Shown here piece after piece: positions 48,808-63,516 of a stretch of 64,000 bases of DNA. This stretch comes from Octopus bimaculoides (lineage: Eukaryota): contig NC_068981.1 of NCBI RefSeq assembly GCF_001194135.2, positions 20,968,641-21,032,640 of the forward strand, written 5' to 3'. Made by a program: the position numbers and the translations under genes. Position 1 is the stretch's first letter. Each line of letters begins with the position of its first letter. The notes beneath the pieces were generated by a model. The model ran no database searches, was not told where the DNA came from, and saw only the letters and a program-made list of their open reading frames with translations.

Positions 48808-51800
48808 GTATACTTGCATTACTATCTGTTACCTGTTCAAGCAACTGCTTCTCATGGCATATATTTTCCTTGAATAGTAATTTAGAAAATGCTTTTCCAA
48901 TATATAATCCCTCCTTACCTTCTTTGACAAGCATACTGTTTACCCCACTTAACTAATTATCTCTCTCTCCTTATTCTTCAGTATTAATCCTTTATTTTCA
49001 ATATTCACATATATTGGTGTATTTTTGTTTTTTTTTATATTTTATTTTTAACATAATGGTTTAAGATTATGGCGTTACATTTTCTTTTTTTTTTTGTTAA
49101 ACAATTTTTCATATTAACTTGTTTATTTTGAATAAACCTTTCAGTATCTAATACGTGTAATATAATGTTTCCCGTGCTTGTTTAAATAAAATCTATGAGA
49201 AGTTATACATGCATTTATCCTGATAAATACATAAAAATAGATTTCTGAAGCAATTCATGTGGTCATGTCCTCTGAATTGGCTATCTTTAGAAACTTTTCT
49301 TATTTTCCCATCCTTAAATTACATTTAAGAGCTGTGGATTGACAAACATAGCAGTGGAGAAAATGCCCTGCAGTATTTTAGTTCTACATTTTCAGTTCAA
49401 AATCCCATCTGGATTTGTTTTTTATACTTCCAGATTTAATAAAACGAGTAGCAGTCAGTTACTAGAGTCTGTTGCAATCAATATTTTTCTCACTATAATT
49501 TGTGATCTTGTAACCTTACTTTAAATCATATCACAGATATGGCTTTGTGGCTATATTATCAATTTATTACTAATGTTATGGATGTAGCTTGGCAGATTTG
49601 ATAAGAGTGTCAGACAAAGTGCTTTGTAGTATTTAACTACAAGGATTTATTTTCTGAGTTCAGTTCCCACTGATGTCAGTTTTACCTTTCAATTTCTGTT
49701 TGTTCTTACTTATATCTATGTAAGAAATCAATATTTATTACAAATGTATATTATATAAGTTACTATGTTGGTGTTGACCAATTGAAACCTTATGTTATCA
49801 TTCTTGTTATAATAAGATTTTTAATTAGAATTTTACTTTAAATATGGATATTTTAGTGCGGGTAGTGTCAGATGGTTTGGTATCTTTCTTCTGCTCAGAA
49901 TCCTATAGTTTTTTCATAGTGCCTTGATGTTACAATTTTTCCTTTACTTCATTGAATATATTATTGTATGTCATTTGAACACTAAATACGGAACTGTTAA
50001 TACTCTATCCTCCTTAACTTTAGAATTATTTAAGAATATATAAGAAAGACTTCAGGCATACATGGCTGGTAATTGTGCTGTTTAGAACTATATTTAATTT
50101 TTCTTTTTGACTAAAGTTGTCTCCAGAACAGTGTTTATGTTAAATTCACTTAAAACCTTCAGAATCAACCTGTGCTACATGAGAGATGTCTGCAAATTTG
50201 TTCCAACATTAAATACTGCCTCTTAGTATGCCCTGAAAATTTTATGTTAGTTACCTATTTTTATTGTTTTGACCACTAGTATTTCAACTTCACTTCATTC
50301 ACCTCATCTAGTTGATTCTGTTTAACTTTATTCTGGACAATTCCATTATTCACTTAATTGCATATATTTTTAAAACCCCAAATTATTTAGCCTCAAATCT
50401 GCATAAAATTCACTGATTATTTGTCAGTCCTTCATTTAAAAAAATAGGTAAATGTCGTATGAAATCGAATATTTAATTTCTTTGATATGTATGAAATGAT
50501 TCTGGGTGCTCCCAGTTTCATGACTTAAAGTGATAGCTTTCAGTATTTTGTATTTACAAACATTATCTTCATTTTATGTTCACATTTCACTCTGGCGTGT
50601 GTTGAATGGGTTGTCATGATCAAAGTTAGTTCATTTTTGGAATTATTGTCCTCTTAGAAGGATCAGGACTATGTCTTGTTCATGTATTCTATTTTTGGCA
50701 TGGTTTCTTAGGTTAGATGCCTTTCTTAAAAACCAACTACTTTATAGTATTTACTGGATACATTTTGTAGTGGCTCCAGCACTAGAGGGGTTGTCATAAC
50801 CTCAAGAGGACAAAACATTTTGGTTCTCTGGATCCTATGTTGTCTCTGCTGATTCACCAACAACTTCAATGAGTATTCATTTAATGTGAAGTTGTCTTGT
50901 CCTCCACAAGACAAAAGAATCCTTACTATTATTCTATGATGTATTTGTCCATTCAAGGTTATGTGAACAAGATAGTGAGTAGAAAAGAGGAGAATTGTAG
51001 GAGATGAGCTAGGGTGAGTAGAAGAAAGAAGTGAGAGTATGACGAGAAAAACAGATTCATCAGGGTGGTAGAGAAGGAAGATGTGGAAGAGACAGGTCTA
51101 GGGTTAATGAAAGAGAAGTATTAATGGTGGGGTGTAATGAGAGAGAGAGGGTGATGTTTAGTTGTTGAAATGGTTAAAGTAAGAGAGAGCAATGGATTAA
51201 ATAGCAAATGACCTGAGTAGGAGTGGTGGCCAGCAGTTCAGGTGAGCAAAAAGGAACAGTGTATTGGATACCAACAGATTTAATATAAACTCTCACCACA
51301 TAGGTATTGTACTGGAATGAAAAGAGGAGTAATATGGATGGTGATAGATGGAAGGATTGAGTATAGGGAAATCTAGTGTTATTCTTCATTACAAGTTTGG
51401 GAACTAATGTTAAGAGAGTTAAATATATTCAGGTTAGTCTTACCATTTCAATGAGTGAAAGACTAACAAAGTTTGGATTCTTGTGTACTATGAACTTGTT
51501 TTTTAATTGTATAATAGAATTTTTCCTTAAATAAATTTTTGAAGATAGTTCTGAATCAAATGGTGAATGGACATCATTGTATTGTTTCCGTTATCATCTA
51601 CATTAGCCTCTGATTGACCAGTTTAAATTTTTCTTAACCTGCATAGCCTTAGTTATTGTCATTGAGTAACTGAAATTATGTGTAAGTCTTTGTTGGAGTG
51701 TATGAATTTGGGTCATTGAAGAATATCAGAGGGAGTTAAAAAACCTTACATGGAACTAAATCTAATGATTGTCGTAGTCATACTGATACATATGAATAAA

Positions 51801-51969
51801 AAATAAAGCAAACAAAAAATAAACTAAGTGGAACATAAGTAAATTATGTGTACACAGTTGTTGTCTTATAAAATAATGGACTTGGCATTACTGAGCTCAG
51901 AATAAACCCATATGTTGCTTTCTAGTCCTTATAAGGCATATGGATCAATGTTTATGTCATATTTATTAA

Positions 51970-52890
51970 GAATAGTTTAGTGGGGAAATAAAAGTAAGAA
52001 AAATGGCTGTTAAGAGAAAAAGAAAAGTCTTGTTAATTGCTGACAAGTATGAAATAGTTACTCTACTTGATCAAGTGTCTCAGGCAAAGGTGGTAAAATA
52101 ATTGGGGTTTTTTCCCCGAGCCATGAAAGAAGAAATTATTGCAGCCTATCAATTTAAAGCAAATCGAAACAGAAATGTAGAGATCTGGAAAAAGATGCTT
52201 ATCTAGATGAGGAATTATCCTAATAATTCATCACTGTTAAACCCAGAGACATTGTTATCTAGACTAATCCTGTCAGAGAAGGCCAAAGATTTAGCAGAGC
52301 ATCTAAACAGGATTAAGTCTGTCTCTGTGAGTGGCTTGTTGTCTTGATGGAAAGGCAGACATAACATTGGATTCAAGAAGCTTCATGGCGAGAAGAAAGA
52401 TGTTAATGTAAATATAGCTGATAATTGAGAATCTAAAAACATGCAGTCTAATAACATCCACAGTGCAGACAAACCTGGACTTTGAGGTGGTATTCTTGTA
52501 CATGATATGGTGAAAAGAAGAAGATTTAAAGAAAGCAAAGTTAGTTTCAATTATGGGAATTATACCAACATGTCAAGAAGAGATGAAAGAAAATGAATTA
52601 CTATTAACTGGGAAAAAGTAAAAGACCCACATACTTCTGTGAATTATAAAACTAGTAGGAATGCTTAAATGAGTGGATAAATATTTACTATATGATTTGG
52701 GGAATTTGTCAGAGAGGTGACCCAGAAGAAGAGAAACTGGTGTATTGCTTGTTGACAATTGCAAATCTTAAATGTATCAAACTACTGTTTCTTCCATTAA
52801 ACACATTACAGAGCTTTGAAATCATTACATAGAGTGGCCTTTGTCTGAAAGCTGTGTTTTTTTTCCTTTCACATTGATGGTCATCTAGAA
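51970..52890 (+). mobile_element. Decayed Tigger/pogo-type transposase remnant
   Basis: MAVKRKRKVLLIADKYEIV (HTH-psq like), LILSEKAKDLAEHL...WKGRHNIGFKKLHGEKKDV, LLVDNC; many stops. Confidence 0.65.
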
Positions 52891-52899
52891 GCAAAAGCA

Positions 52900-53168
52900 A
52901 ATGACCTCCCATGCTGGTGGCACATAAAAAGCACCATTCAAGTGTGGTTGATGCCAGTGCTGCCTGACTGGCCCCCATGCCGGTGGCACATAAAAAGCAC
53001 CCACTACATTCTTGGAGTGGTTGGCATTAGGAAGGGCATCCAACAGTAGAAACCTTATCAGATTAGATTGGAGTCTGGTGTAGCCTCCTGGCTTGCCAGT
53101 CCTCTGTCAAGCTGTTCAACCCATGCCAGCATGGAAAAGGGACATTAAACGGTGATGATGATGATGAT
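52900..53168 (+). mobile_element. RTE 3'UTR and tail; further copies at 55825-56110 and 56475-56755
   Basis: TGCTGGTGGCACATAAAAAGCACC units then GGAAGGGCATCC...GATGATG. Confidence 0.85.
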
Positions 53169-56100
53169 GAATAACTGTTTATCATATTCATGGAAAATAA
53201 TGCAAGGTCGCAAAAAAAATTGTCATTATTAACCAACCTTAAATTAACATAAAATTTTTATGGATGGTTTGAATTTAGATCATTTTAAGAAGTGTGTATC
53301 ATAGACCAGGGACAGTTTCATGTGAGTGTGTATCAATCATTAGCAACTAGAAGTCATGAACAATTAAAGATCACGAAATTTATCAACTGGATTAAAAATG
53401 TCATGTTAGTGTAACTACATATTTATCTCTTCTTGAGTCTTGCACAGGAAGAAAATGGATTAAAACATATATTTGAACAAATGAAACTTTAGAAAATATA
53501 AGAAATAATTTGTTGTAGATCAATTTGAAGAAAATTTGTTGTAGATCATTTGAAGTTGATCAGTAATAATTTTGCAATACATCAAATCAATAAATATTAT
53601 TTCTTGCCACTTCAAACCAACATCTCTTCATGTTTAACCCTTTTGTTACCATATTTCTATTGAAATACACAGACTTTGTTACATTATCTTGCTTATTTTA
53701 TCAATATTAAAGGAGAATGAAAGGCAATCAACTGGGCATAAAAAGAAGAAACTAGCACAGATTGGAATATAACCTTTGTTGTGCCACTCAACAACCTGTT
53801 ATTTTCATTAACAGTGACTAATGTTCTCTAAAGTCTATAGAATAATTCTTGTAGCTTTGATTAACATAAAAAGCAAAACATTACAGCTTCATTTCATCAC
53901 TGGCTTCCTTCTTCTCTGAACAATTTGCTATCCTCTGGTGTTTTATCAACCAACCACCTCTGTATGTCTGTCTGTTGTAAATCCTTCCTTGTCACAGTTA
54001 CATTCCTCCCCTGCTTCTCTTATTTTAGCTGTCACAGCATTTATTATACTAATTTCTCTTAGAATCTTTATACCCTGTAGTGGCTTTTACAGCTTGTGAA
54101 AACAATCTTTTTATCACATGCAGCTACACACTAATTGAACCAACAACAAAGTCACTACATGATTGTTCAACAAGCTTGGAATAGCAGACAAATCTTCATC
54201 AAATTACATCCTACTGTTAAAAAAGAGAAAAGGAAGGGCACTCTTGATAATGATACTCACTGTGTCTAAAAAAAAAAAAATGGGTGATGGGATGGTTATT
54301 GTTGGAATATATTAAATCACATGTCTGTCCTTTCAGAGCTGTGGGTTTTAAAACAACAGTAATACGCTAAATTATGGGGGCAAGACCCTTATAATGGATC
54401 CTATAGGAAGCTGCACCAAATAATGGACGAGGTGTTTCTTATTTATTGTATGATGGTATATTTGTTTTTCTCTTCATACATCACACAACCCATGTAACAC
54501 TCCACTTGTGTTGTACAGCATCGTGAAGAATGCGCATCTAAATGGTCAGTCAAGCAGTTAGAAATGTCAGCCAAATCTCCTTTGAATTGCATCCTGCTAT
54601 TTTTAGTATAGGAAGGATACATTGGATAATGCAATCCTGTGCTATGTTTGAAAATAAGATAAGATTATCATGTTTGAAATGCCTTGCATTCTATAGGTCA
54701 TCTCAATCAGAGCAGACTTGAGACTATGCAATATCAGCAACAGCAGACCCAGCATGCCATATCTGCACCTTACTTGAGCTTGACCTTATTACTTAACACC
54801 ATTCTCTCCCATTTTCTATATACACAAATCAAAAGTTGTACATTAATAATGTGGCTGAGGGGAAAATACCTTGAGTGAGTGTTCTGCATACTAATTACAA
54901 ATATGATTGAGTCCTACATATGAGCATTTAGTAGGCAAAATTGTTCTCTCAAGTGTGTTTGAAATCTAAAACCAACATTCAAGGGGCATAACTTCTATAG
55001 GATCAATTAATTGAAATTTTTGGACAATATCCCCCCCCCCCCAGCTATGTTGTAGTATTCTTTATCAGTGTCACTGCACTCTCTCTCTCTTATATATATA
55101 TATATATATATATATTACTCTATCTTGCCAACTGAGTAGATTATGATTTACTCTGGAGTTTTAATAATACTGAAACATGTCCATTGCTTTTGCCAGTTGG
55201 CCTCTTAAAACCAGATCCTCTCAAAATTGCAACACCTATATTGTCCCAATACTTTGATCAGCTGATTTTGTGGGGGTCACCTCCTTGGTTACTTGCTTTA
55301 AATTCTAAACACTCCTGGAGGAAGTATTTGTCTACTAATTGCTTGGATAATCTCAGTTAAATAACGGTTTTTTTAAATTTACTATATTATATCTGAGACC
55401 TTACCATTGTTTGCTACAGTCTATATTACCATAATAATGAAAGTTTCACCTACTTACCTAACCAACATTTATGATTATAGTTTTACTAAATATTCACTCT
55501 TTGTCTTCACATATACATAACTCTTTACTGCATACATACATCTTGGCTGATTACACACATTTCTACTATATGCATGCATAACCACAGTAAGCATGCATCT
55601 ATACTGTATACAAGCATCTCTACTGTATGCATGCGTTTCTACTATATATATGCAACTCTAGTTTACATGCATCTCTGCAATGTATATGCATTTTTAAGTA
55701 TCATATCTACTATATATATATATATATNNNNNNNNNNNNNNNNNNNNNNNNNNNNNNNNNNNNNNNNNNNNNNNNNNNNNNNNNNNNNNNNNNNNNNNNN
55801 NNNNTATATATTATATATATATGAGTGTGGTCGATGCCAGAGCCTCCTGACTGGCTCCTGTGCTAGTGGGACATAAAAAGCACCATTCGAACATGGTCGA
55901 TGCTAGTGCCACCTGCCTGGCCCTCATGCTGGTGGCTTGTAAAAAGCACACTACACTCTTGGAGTGGTTGGCATTAGGAAGGACACCCAGCTGTAGAAAC
56001 CTTGCCAGAACAGATTGGAGCCTGGTGCAGCCTCCTGGCTTGCCAGTCCTCAGTCAAACTGTCTAACCCATGCCAGCATGGAAAGCAAACGTTAAGCGGA

Positions 56101-56432
56101 CGACGATGATGATATTATAATCATTGTTTCATCATTCACTTTCATTGCTTGCATTGGTCAGATGAAATTTGAGGCAGCATTTTTACAAGTGGATGCTCCT
56201 CTTGTTATCAACTCTCTGTACATCAAAAATACTAAAAACGTAAAACCTAGTTACAACATAAGCATTTCATTTCCACTCTATACACAAACCACAGTATTCC
56301 AGAACAACTACAATGCTATCCTCCCCACTCGTGCTCTATTCTAACACTACTCTAATATCAGAGGAGACTATAACCTTCACTCATTTCAGATAAATGCAAA
56401 TCTATCTATCTATCTATCTATCTAATCTATCT

Positions 56433-56463
<31 letters not shown>

Positions 56464-57019
56464 ATATAGGTTAATGCCAGTACCCCCCTCCCCAACTAGC
56501 TCCTGTGTCAGTGGCACGTAAAAAACACCATCCCAACGTGGTCGATGCCAGTGCTGCTTGACTGGCTACCATGCTGGTGGCGTGTAAAAAACACCCACTA
56601 CACTCTCAGAGTACATGGCGTTAGGAAGGGCATCCAGCTGTAAAAACCTTGCCAGATCAGACTGGAGCCTGGTGCAGCCTTCTGGCTTGCTAGTCTCCTG
56701 TCAAACAGTCCAACCTATGCCAGCATAGAAAACAAACGTTATACAATGATGGTGAGTTTTTTTTTTTTACATTTATATCTGCAGCATCAGTAATGCTTAC
56801 ACCCACAATGCTCATAACGCTTATATTTACAACGCCCCAAACACTTTCATATACAATGCTTCTTCACTCCCCCCAGTAGAGGCAACGACCTTAACAATTC
56901 TAATATTTGAATGATGGTAGGTTAAAAGCAAGAACAACTATTATGATAGCTGTTACCAAATGATCACATGAACCTTCTTTTCAGGTGCTGAATAACATCT
57001 CCCCTTCCTGTGTTACCCC

Positions 57020-58290
57020 CCATATTTTTTCCCAGTTTTCAGAGTTGGCACTGCAAATGTAGGCACATTGAAAGGTAGGTCTAGCAAGATTGTAGAGATG
57101 CTTGAATGGAGACATGTTGATGTATGTTGCATACAAGAGGTAAGGTGGAGAGGAGCTTCAGCCAGAGTCCTCACAAACAAAGCACATAGTGATGGAATAG
57201 GGGGTGTGGGCATACTTCTTGCAGAGGAATGGGTGGATAAGGTCATTGAGGTAGTGAGGGTGTGTGATAGAGTACTTAAACTCAGGCTAGTCTTGCAGAA
57301 TAGTATAGCTACAATTATCTCTGCCTACATGGGCCTACCAAATGAACAGAAAGGATCACTTTTATGATATTCTTCTGCAGGCTACCTCAAAGACGAGTGA
57401 CAATGATCTCATCTTTGTGGCTGGAGATTTTAATGGGCATGTTGGACAGCAACCTGGTATCTTCCATGGTGTACATGGGGGCCATGGAGTTGGTACCAGA
57501 AAGGAAGAGGGAACAAGGCTCCTGGAGTTCTGTGTGATCTGCAACACCAACTTCAGGAAGCCAGCTAGTGACCTGATAACCTATCAATTAGGTGACTCTG
57601 CTAGCCAGATTGATTTCATTCTTACCAGACAGCGGGATGCATAGTTGCACTTAAATAAAAAGACCCTTCCTGGTGAAGAATGTACCCCACAACATAGACT
57701 AGTTATTAGTGACTCGAGGCTAGAAGGATGCCAAAAAAGCAGACCAATCTGGAAAAGAAGGACTTGGAAGCTTAAGAACTCTTCACATGGTCAGAGATTT
57801 AGGGATATCCTTACTGAGAACTTTGATAAGGAGGAGGAGTTACAGTCCTGTGACATAGAAGGAAGCTGGGAATTCCTGCGAGACAGATTGCTGAGTGCCA
57901 CAGACCAAATCTGTGGCTGGTGCAAAGTCTCTTCCAAACCTAGGGTAACATGGTGGTGGAAAAATACTGAGATGCTTAAAATATCAGGTGGTGTGGGTTA
58001 TGGTCTAGTCACCCACATCGTAAATCAGGTAGTTCATGAAGGAGTCATACCCAATAACTGGTGTAGCAACTGCAGGAGAAATATCTAGCCAAAGATAAAC
58101 ATCTGCATTTGGCTTTTGTTGACTTGGAGAAAGCCTTTGACAGGGCCCCCCAATCCCTTATCTGGTGGTCAATGCGGAAACTGGGGATAGACAAGTGGTT
58201 GGTAAAAACTGTACAAGCCCTGTACAGGGATGCTGTCAGTAAAGTGAGGGTTGGCAATGAGTATAGTTCTGAGTAGAAGTAGGGGTCCTC
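57020..58290 (+). mobile_element. RTE LINE 5' part (AP endonuclease) joined to RT fragment, internally deleted
   Basis: RVGTANVGTLKGRS..VDVCCIQEVRW; IFVAGDFNGHVG; SQIDFILTR; AFVDLEKAFDRAP at about 58105-58145. Confidence 0.9.
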
Positions 58291-58830
58291 CAGTAGTCCA
58301 TGTTTAGTGCAGGCTTCTCTATAGGTCAGGAAGACTTCCCATTGTGTCTTCAAAAGTCTGTGAATGATGTAGAACCTCTGACAGTGTGTAGTAGTAGATG
58401 CAGAAAGAAGCACTCCTGCTGATTAGGGTGCACAGTGTACATCCGCCTGATGGCCCCACTTCTCAAGACAGCATCTTCTTCCCAGTCCTCAATGCGTGTT
58501 CTTTGCTTGTGTCTGTTTCATCTATTGTGTGCCCAGGTATAGTACATGGGGACCTCTACATACAACAGTATTTGGGCAAACAGATCACATTGGCATAATT
58601 TGAAGAAAGCTGTCAAAGTGGTTTCTCATGGATTCAGAACTATGTTTCAAGCATTGTCTTCTGTGAAATATACACGCTGGCCATTTTCAAGATGTACAGA
58701 TAAATTTTAAGGTGTTCCTACATGTAAACAGGGTGTGATCTTTGTGCATTTGTCTAAAAGCAGAAGAGTTCTTCATGCAGCACTTGTCAATTGGCTGAAG
58801 TGACATGAAAGGCATCGTCATTCATGGTAT
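58285..58830 (-). mobile_element. Helitron RepHel fragment (region between Rep and helicase), decayed
   Basis: HLENGQRVYFTEDNA...TTLTAFFKLCQCDLFAQILLYVEVPMYYTW...RMYTVHPNQQECFFLHLLLHTVRGSTSF...TYREACTKHGLLED. Confidence 0.85.
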
Positions 58831-59044
58831 ATTCGTGAATAAGTCACTAACCGAAATAAGTGGATCTATTGTTTACGAAAATACTATTTGTTTAAGGGTT
58901 GTACTGGATAAATTGTGAAAATAACTCTAACAGTTCAAATACTAAGAAATAAGCATACTCAATTTGATTTATACCAAATAATATAGGAAAATGAATGGGT
59001 TATTTCCTTTGGCTGTTAAAATAAAATATGTTAGTTATATATAA

Positions 59045-59232
59045 GGATCCCTTCCAGGGGCCCTATTATCGATTTTTTTCAACAATCTGAGTATGCCATG
59101 AGGTTTCCAGACATGAGAGTTCTACTCACATGTCCAGTTTCATCAAAATCGATAAAATGATGTAGGAGGAGTTAGCTAACAACTTCGCAAACACACCCAC
59201 AGACAGAATTTCCTACATATGTAGTAGATAAA
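59045..59232 (+). mobile_element. Non-autonomous Helitron-like 3' end
   Basis: CAGTTTCATCAAAATCGAT...TAGGAGGAGTT...ACAGACAGA...ATATGTAGTAGAT resembles Helitron-derived short elements (from recollection). Confidence 0.4.
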
Positions 59233-59623
59233 GTTATTAATGTATATTGACCCCTTTATCCATTTAATTTTGGCCTACATTATAAGTAGTAATATTAGGA
59301 ATAATTGTCCTTATTTTGCCTGAGAGATCTAGTTTCTACTTCAATCAGGCTCACGAAGCCAAATGAGTTTGACACGCCTGCTCTACATGATTAGTTGAGC
59401 TGCTGGAAGGGGAGAAACATTAACTGCTGCAAGGAGTTTTATTGAGTATTATGCTGTATTTGTTTAATATTTTGCCTAAAGTTAGATACAAACACACAGG
59501 TATTAATTATAATTACTGTTAGGCAGTTGCATATTATCTCCTCATTTCTATAGATGATCTGTTAAGGTTCACACATATTTGTTTTTGATATAAGTTCAAA
59601 AGTTTATCACTGTCCTCTTGCTC

Positions 59624-59791
<168 letters not shown>

Positions 59792-59902
59792 GACATACTT
59801 AGGATCCACTTAACTGTTGAACTCTAAGATAAACCAGTAACTGTATCACTAGGTTTAGAGGACAGAATTGTCAGATAACTAACTAGTTGCATCGTTCTTA
59901 CC

Positions 59903-59981
59903 ATGTCTGATGAACATGAACTTACAGAATGGCAAAAATACCTTTTAGATGAAGACACAGACATTGCTGTCTGTCAGAATG
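59903..59981 (+). CDS. Candidate first coding exon of an unidentified plus-strand gene
   Basis: ACC-ATG context, in-frame upstream stop, MSDEHELTEWQKYLLDEDTDIAVCQN, donor G|GTAAGA at 59981/59982; no family recognised. Confidence 0.5.
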
Positions 59982-61982
59982 GTAAGAAAAGATTTCATTT
60001 TAAGTTTCTTGTGGACACAACTTCACAATTTTCATTTGTGTCTAATTTACTATTAAGAAATTCCAGCTATAGATTTCTTTTAGAAAGACCCTTTAAAAGA
60101 CTTAAAGCTCAAGTCTTGTTTTAGACTATCACTTCTTAATTTTCATTTTTAAAAATATAGATATTGAAGTGGTAAATATACTAAATTTTAAAACTTTAGT
60201 TTTTCTTAGTTGAATGACAATATATTTTTAGTTGATAACTCATAAGGAAGTAGATAGATTTTGCCTGAAAAATCAAATTTTAGAATAGAATTCCTACAAA
60301 AGAAAGGAACAAATCAAAGTGAAATTTTGGTAGAAAACCTAACCAATATTTGAGAAAACTTGATGAGAATATTTTGTGAATAATTGCTAGATTACCATAA
60401 ATGATATGAAGGAATGTTATACATATGATAGTACTGTGATAATATTAGAAGAAAAAATTTAGAAAAATCTTACCTTTGTATTTCATGAATTTTAGTTGGT
60501 GATTTACAATTCTGTGGTAAGTGATAATATTATATAATGTAAATAACACAAATCCATACATGTGGTTTTATACAATACTTCAATTTGATGTTGTTGTTAA
60601 TGTTTGTGAAGTAATATTATTATTGCAATATCAACCTTGTGATTGCAGTATTGGTAATATCATGGTGTTCTTGTAGTAATCACTGCACTATACCAACATA
60701 ATTTAAAATGCAAAAACTATTTTCCATAACAGTATAATAAAACCTGAAATTCCACCTTTAGTTGTTGTAATATTCTGTGGTTAAAATAAATTCAGTATTC
60801 CTGGTACCATCTTACAGTGTTGTAAAGTGACAAACATATATTACATTCTGTCTACTATACCATTGAGGGTATCTCAAAATGATAGAGATGAAAGTATGTC
60901 CTTCATAAATTGGCCTGTTCATCAAACATTTTCATACTCACTTAATAGGAGGGCGTTTTCTGTAAAATTTCAGTGAGATTTGGTAGATAGTAGATAATAG
61001 GTATGGAGTAAGTTATTGAATGTTCTCTGTTAGTGACATCAGATTGAATTGGGTTGATAATAGATGTTGTTAGAGCAAAGGTAGGTGGAGGACCAGTTGT
61101 ATCCAGATAGTAAACTTCTCCCAACCACTAAAGGCCCTAACTACCATGCTCACTCTTAATCTCCCCATCAACACTGATATAGCACAACTTATCTTTACAT
61201 TTATAATTATTTGATTCTGATATCTTTTATTTTGATCGCAGCTACTTATGATATGACATCCCCCCTCCACAGTGTCCTATTAATGTGAAATTCCAAATTA
61301 GTTGATATGCAGAGCAAAAAGAAATAAACTGAATATTTAAGAAATTTTAACCCTTGCAAGTTCTTACCTTAATTATGATCTAAGGAAACTGCATCCATAT
61401 ATAGGATTTTTCATTACTTTACTCTATTGATAGTCTTAAAGTATAGTTTCAAAGCTTTCTGCTACATGTTCATTAGGTTTCTTAAGAGTTTCATCTTCCT
61501 TATTATAGTGATCAGTATTATTTCAGTTGTCTTATTATTATTGAGAGCTTTCACTGTGCAGCCTAGTACAGTTCCCTGTACCTTCATTACATGCAGTTTT
61601 CTTTTGTTTTCCTGTTGTATTGAACGTACTCTATGTAATGTGTGCCATGCCTAGTTGTGCTGTTTTCTGTGTACTGTATAACTTACAAGTCCTGTAGTAT
61701 TCTAAGTAAAATGTATACTGTGCCTGGAAGTGCTATTTTCTGTATGTTGTGTGTGAGTGTGCTGAGAAGTTGTAAGTTCAATCAAAATAATGAAAGTACA
61801 TGATAACAATGAGAATGTTATTATTCATATTCTCTTCTGATCGATAAATCTGGTTAGCTGTGACAAACTTTGATCAACCATGATAAAAACTACATACAGA
61901 AAAATTAATGTTGCAGATATATTCAAAAGGCCTGAATGTTAAAGATATAAACACAACATTCTTCAAACCTGCTGTTGATATG

Positions 61983-62049
<67 letters not shown>

Positions 62050-62995
62050 ATATATGCATATATGCATATATGCATATATATAGATATGTTATAAGCATAC
62101 CAAGTGGCAATAATTGAAATAAAGATGTGTACACTTGTGTATTTAACATCTTGTACATCTGAACATGAAAAGATGTTTGCTGCGCTTATAGTCTTGTAGA
62201 AAATTTCTTTCTAATAGACCATGTTTGTAATACCACATTATGCTGGACTTTGAATAACATCATTAGATTGTCAGTCATGTGTATGTGTTTTAGCATGATT
62301 ACACTCTCTCAGTGCCAAACACTGCTTCAGTCATTTGTACATACATAAAACACATATATGATGTATGTACTAGGTAGTTTATTGGTAAATGAAGCAACAA
62401 AATATACATGTATGTCAGGTGCCAGTGAGTCGGCATTATGCAAATACGTCTTCATGCATGTGAGTTTGTAGAGAGCCTTTAATTGATTTGGTCTAGAGAA
62501 AGGGGCTGTGCCCATGGCCTTTGCAGATCCTCTAAGATTGATGAGATTGATACCATTAATCTTACCCTTAAACTAATACAAGTTGATGACTGCAGAGAAA
62601 AATATGTAAGGAAGGAATTCCAGAAGAGCTAAACATAGTGCAGAGTAGGTTAGTACTGGGTGGAGATGGATACAATAAGGGGTGATAGTAGGAGGAAGTG
62701 GAGTGAATTAGGAGTGCCAGAGTGGAGTTGGTACTAACCTAACCCGCTGCAAAGAGCTGAGATTACTATGGTAGCAGTAGAAAAAGAAGAAAGAATAATC
62801 AGTACATTTGTAGGCCAGAGGTTGGGGTGTGTATGATTTTACATTCACATAGACTTTGTGTCCTTGACTATATGTTTTTAATGAGTTATTAGGAAGTTAA
62901 AGTTACAAAGTTCTTGTAGAATTTTGTGCAATGGAAATTGTAGCTGATTATGAAAATGCCATATATGTGAACTGTTGGTAAAAGACGGTGCTGCA

Positions 62996-63516
62996 CAGGC
63001 ATGTCAAACATGCAGTCTGCGGGCTGCAGATGGCATAGCTAGAAATTTAAAAATGGGGAACCCCAAAATTTTTAATAATAAAAATAGTTAATAATATTGT
63101 TACATTTATGTATTTATTTTGCAAGATCCCTGATGTGAAATCATGTGTTGAAACAGATATTGTTATATTTTGGGATGGTCATTTTTTCTCCAAAACAGTG
63201 ACGTCCCAACATGACTGCAGCTTTCAAGCTGAAACTAGTTAAAGAATTAAATAGTGTGTGTTTATACAGCATAAATTTTTTTTTTTTTTAAATGAATGAC
63301 CATCCCAAAGTATAACAATAATCAATAATAATTTAATTAATAAAAATAGGATTATTGATGACCAAATGAAAGGTTTTAAAAGATTTTTACTTAATAACAA
63401 AAAATTGATATGATGAAAATCTTTGTTGTAAACATGTGTTTAATAATATGCAGCCCTCATGGCAACATGTATGTGAGCAATGCAGCCCATAGGGGCTCTG
63501 CAGTTTCACATGCCTG
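62996..63516. mobile_element. hAT (Charlie-like) MITE
   Basis: TIRs CAGGCATGTCAAAC / GTTTCACATGCCTG (13 of 14 match) with degenerate GCGGCCC-type subterminal motifs; TSD not preserved. Confidence 0.65.
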
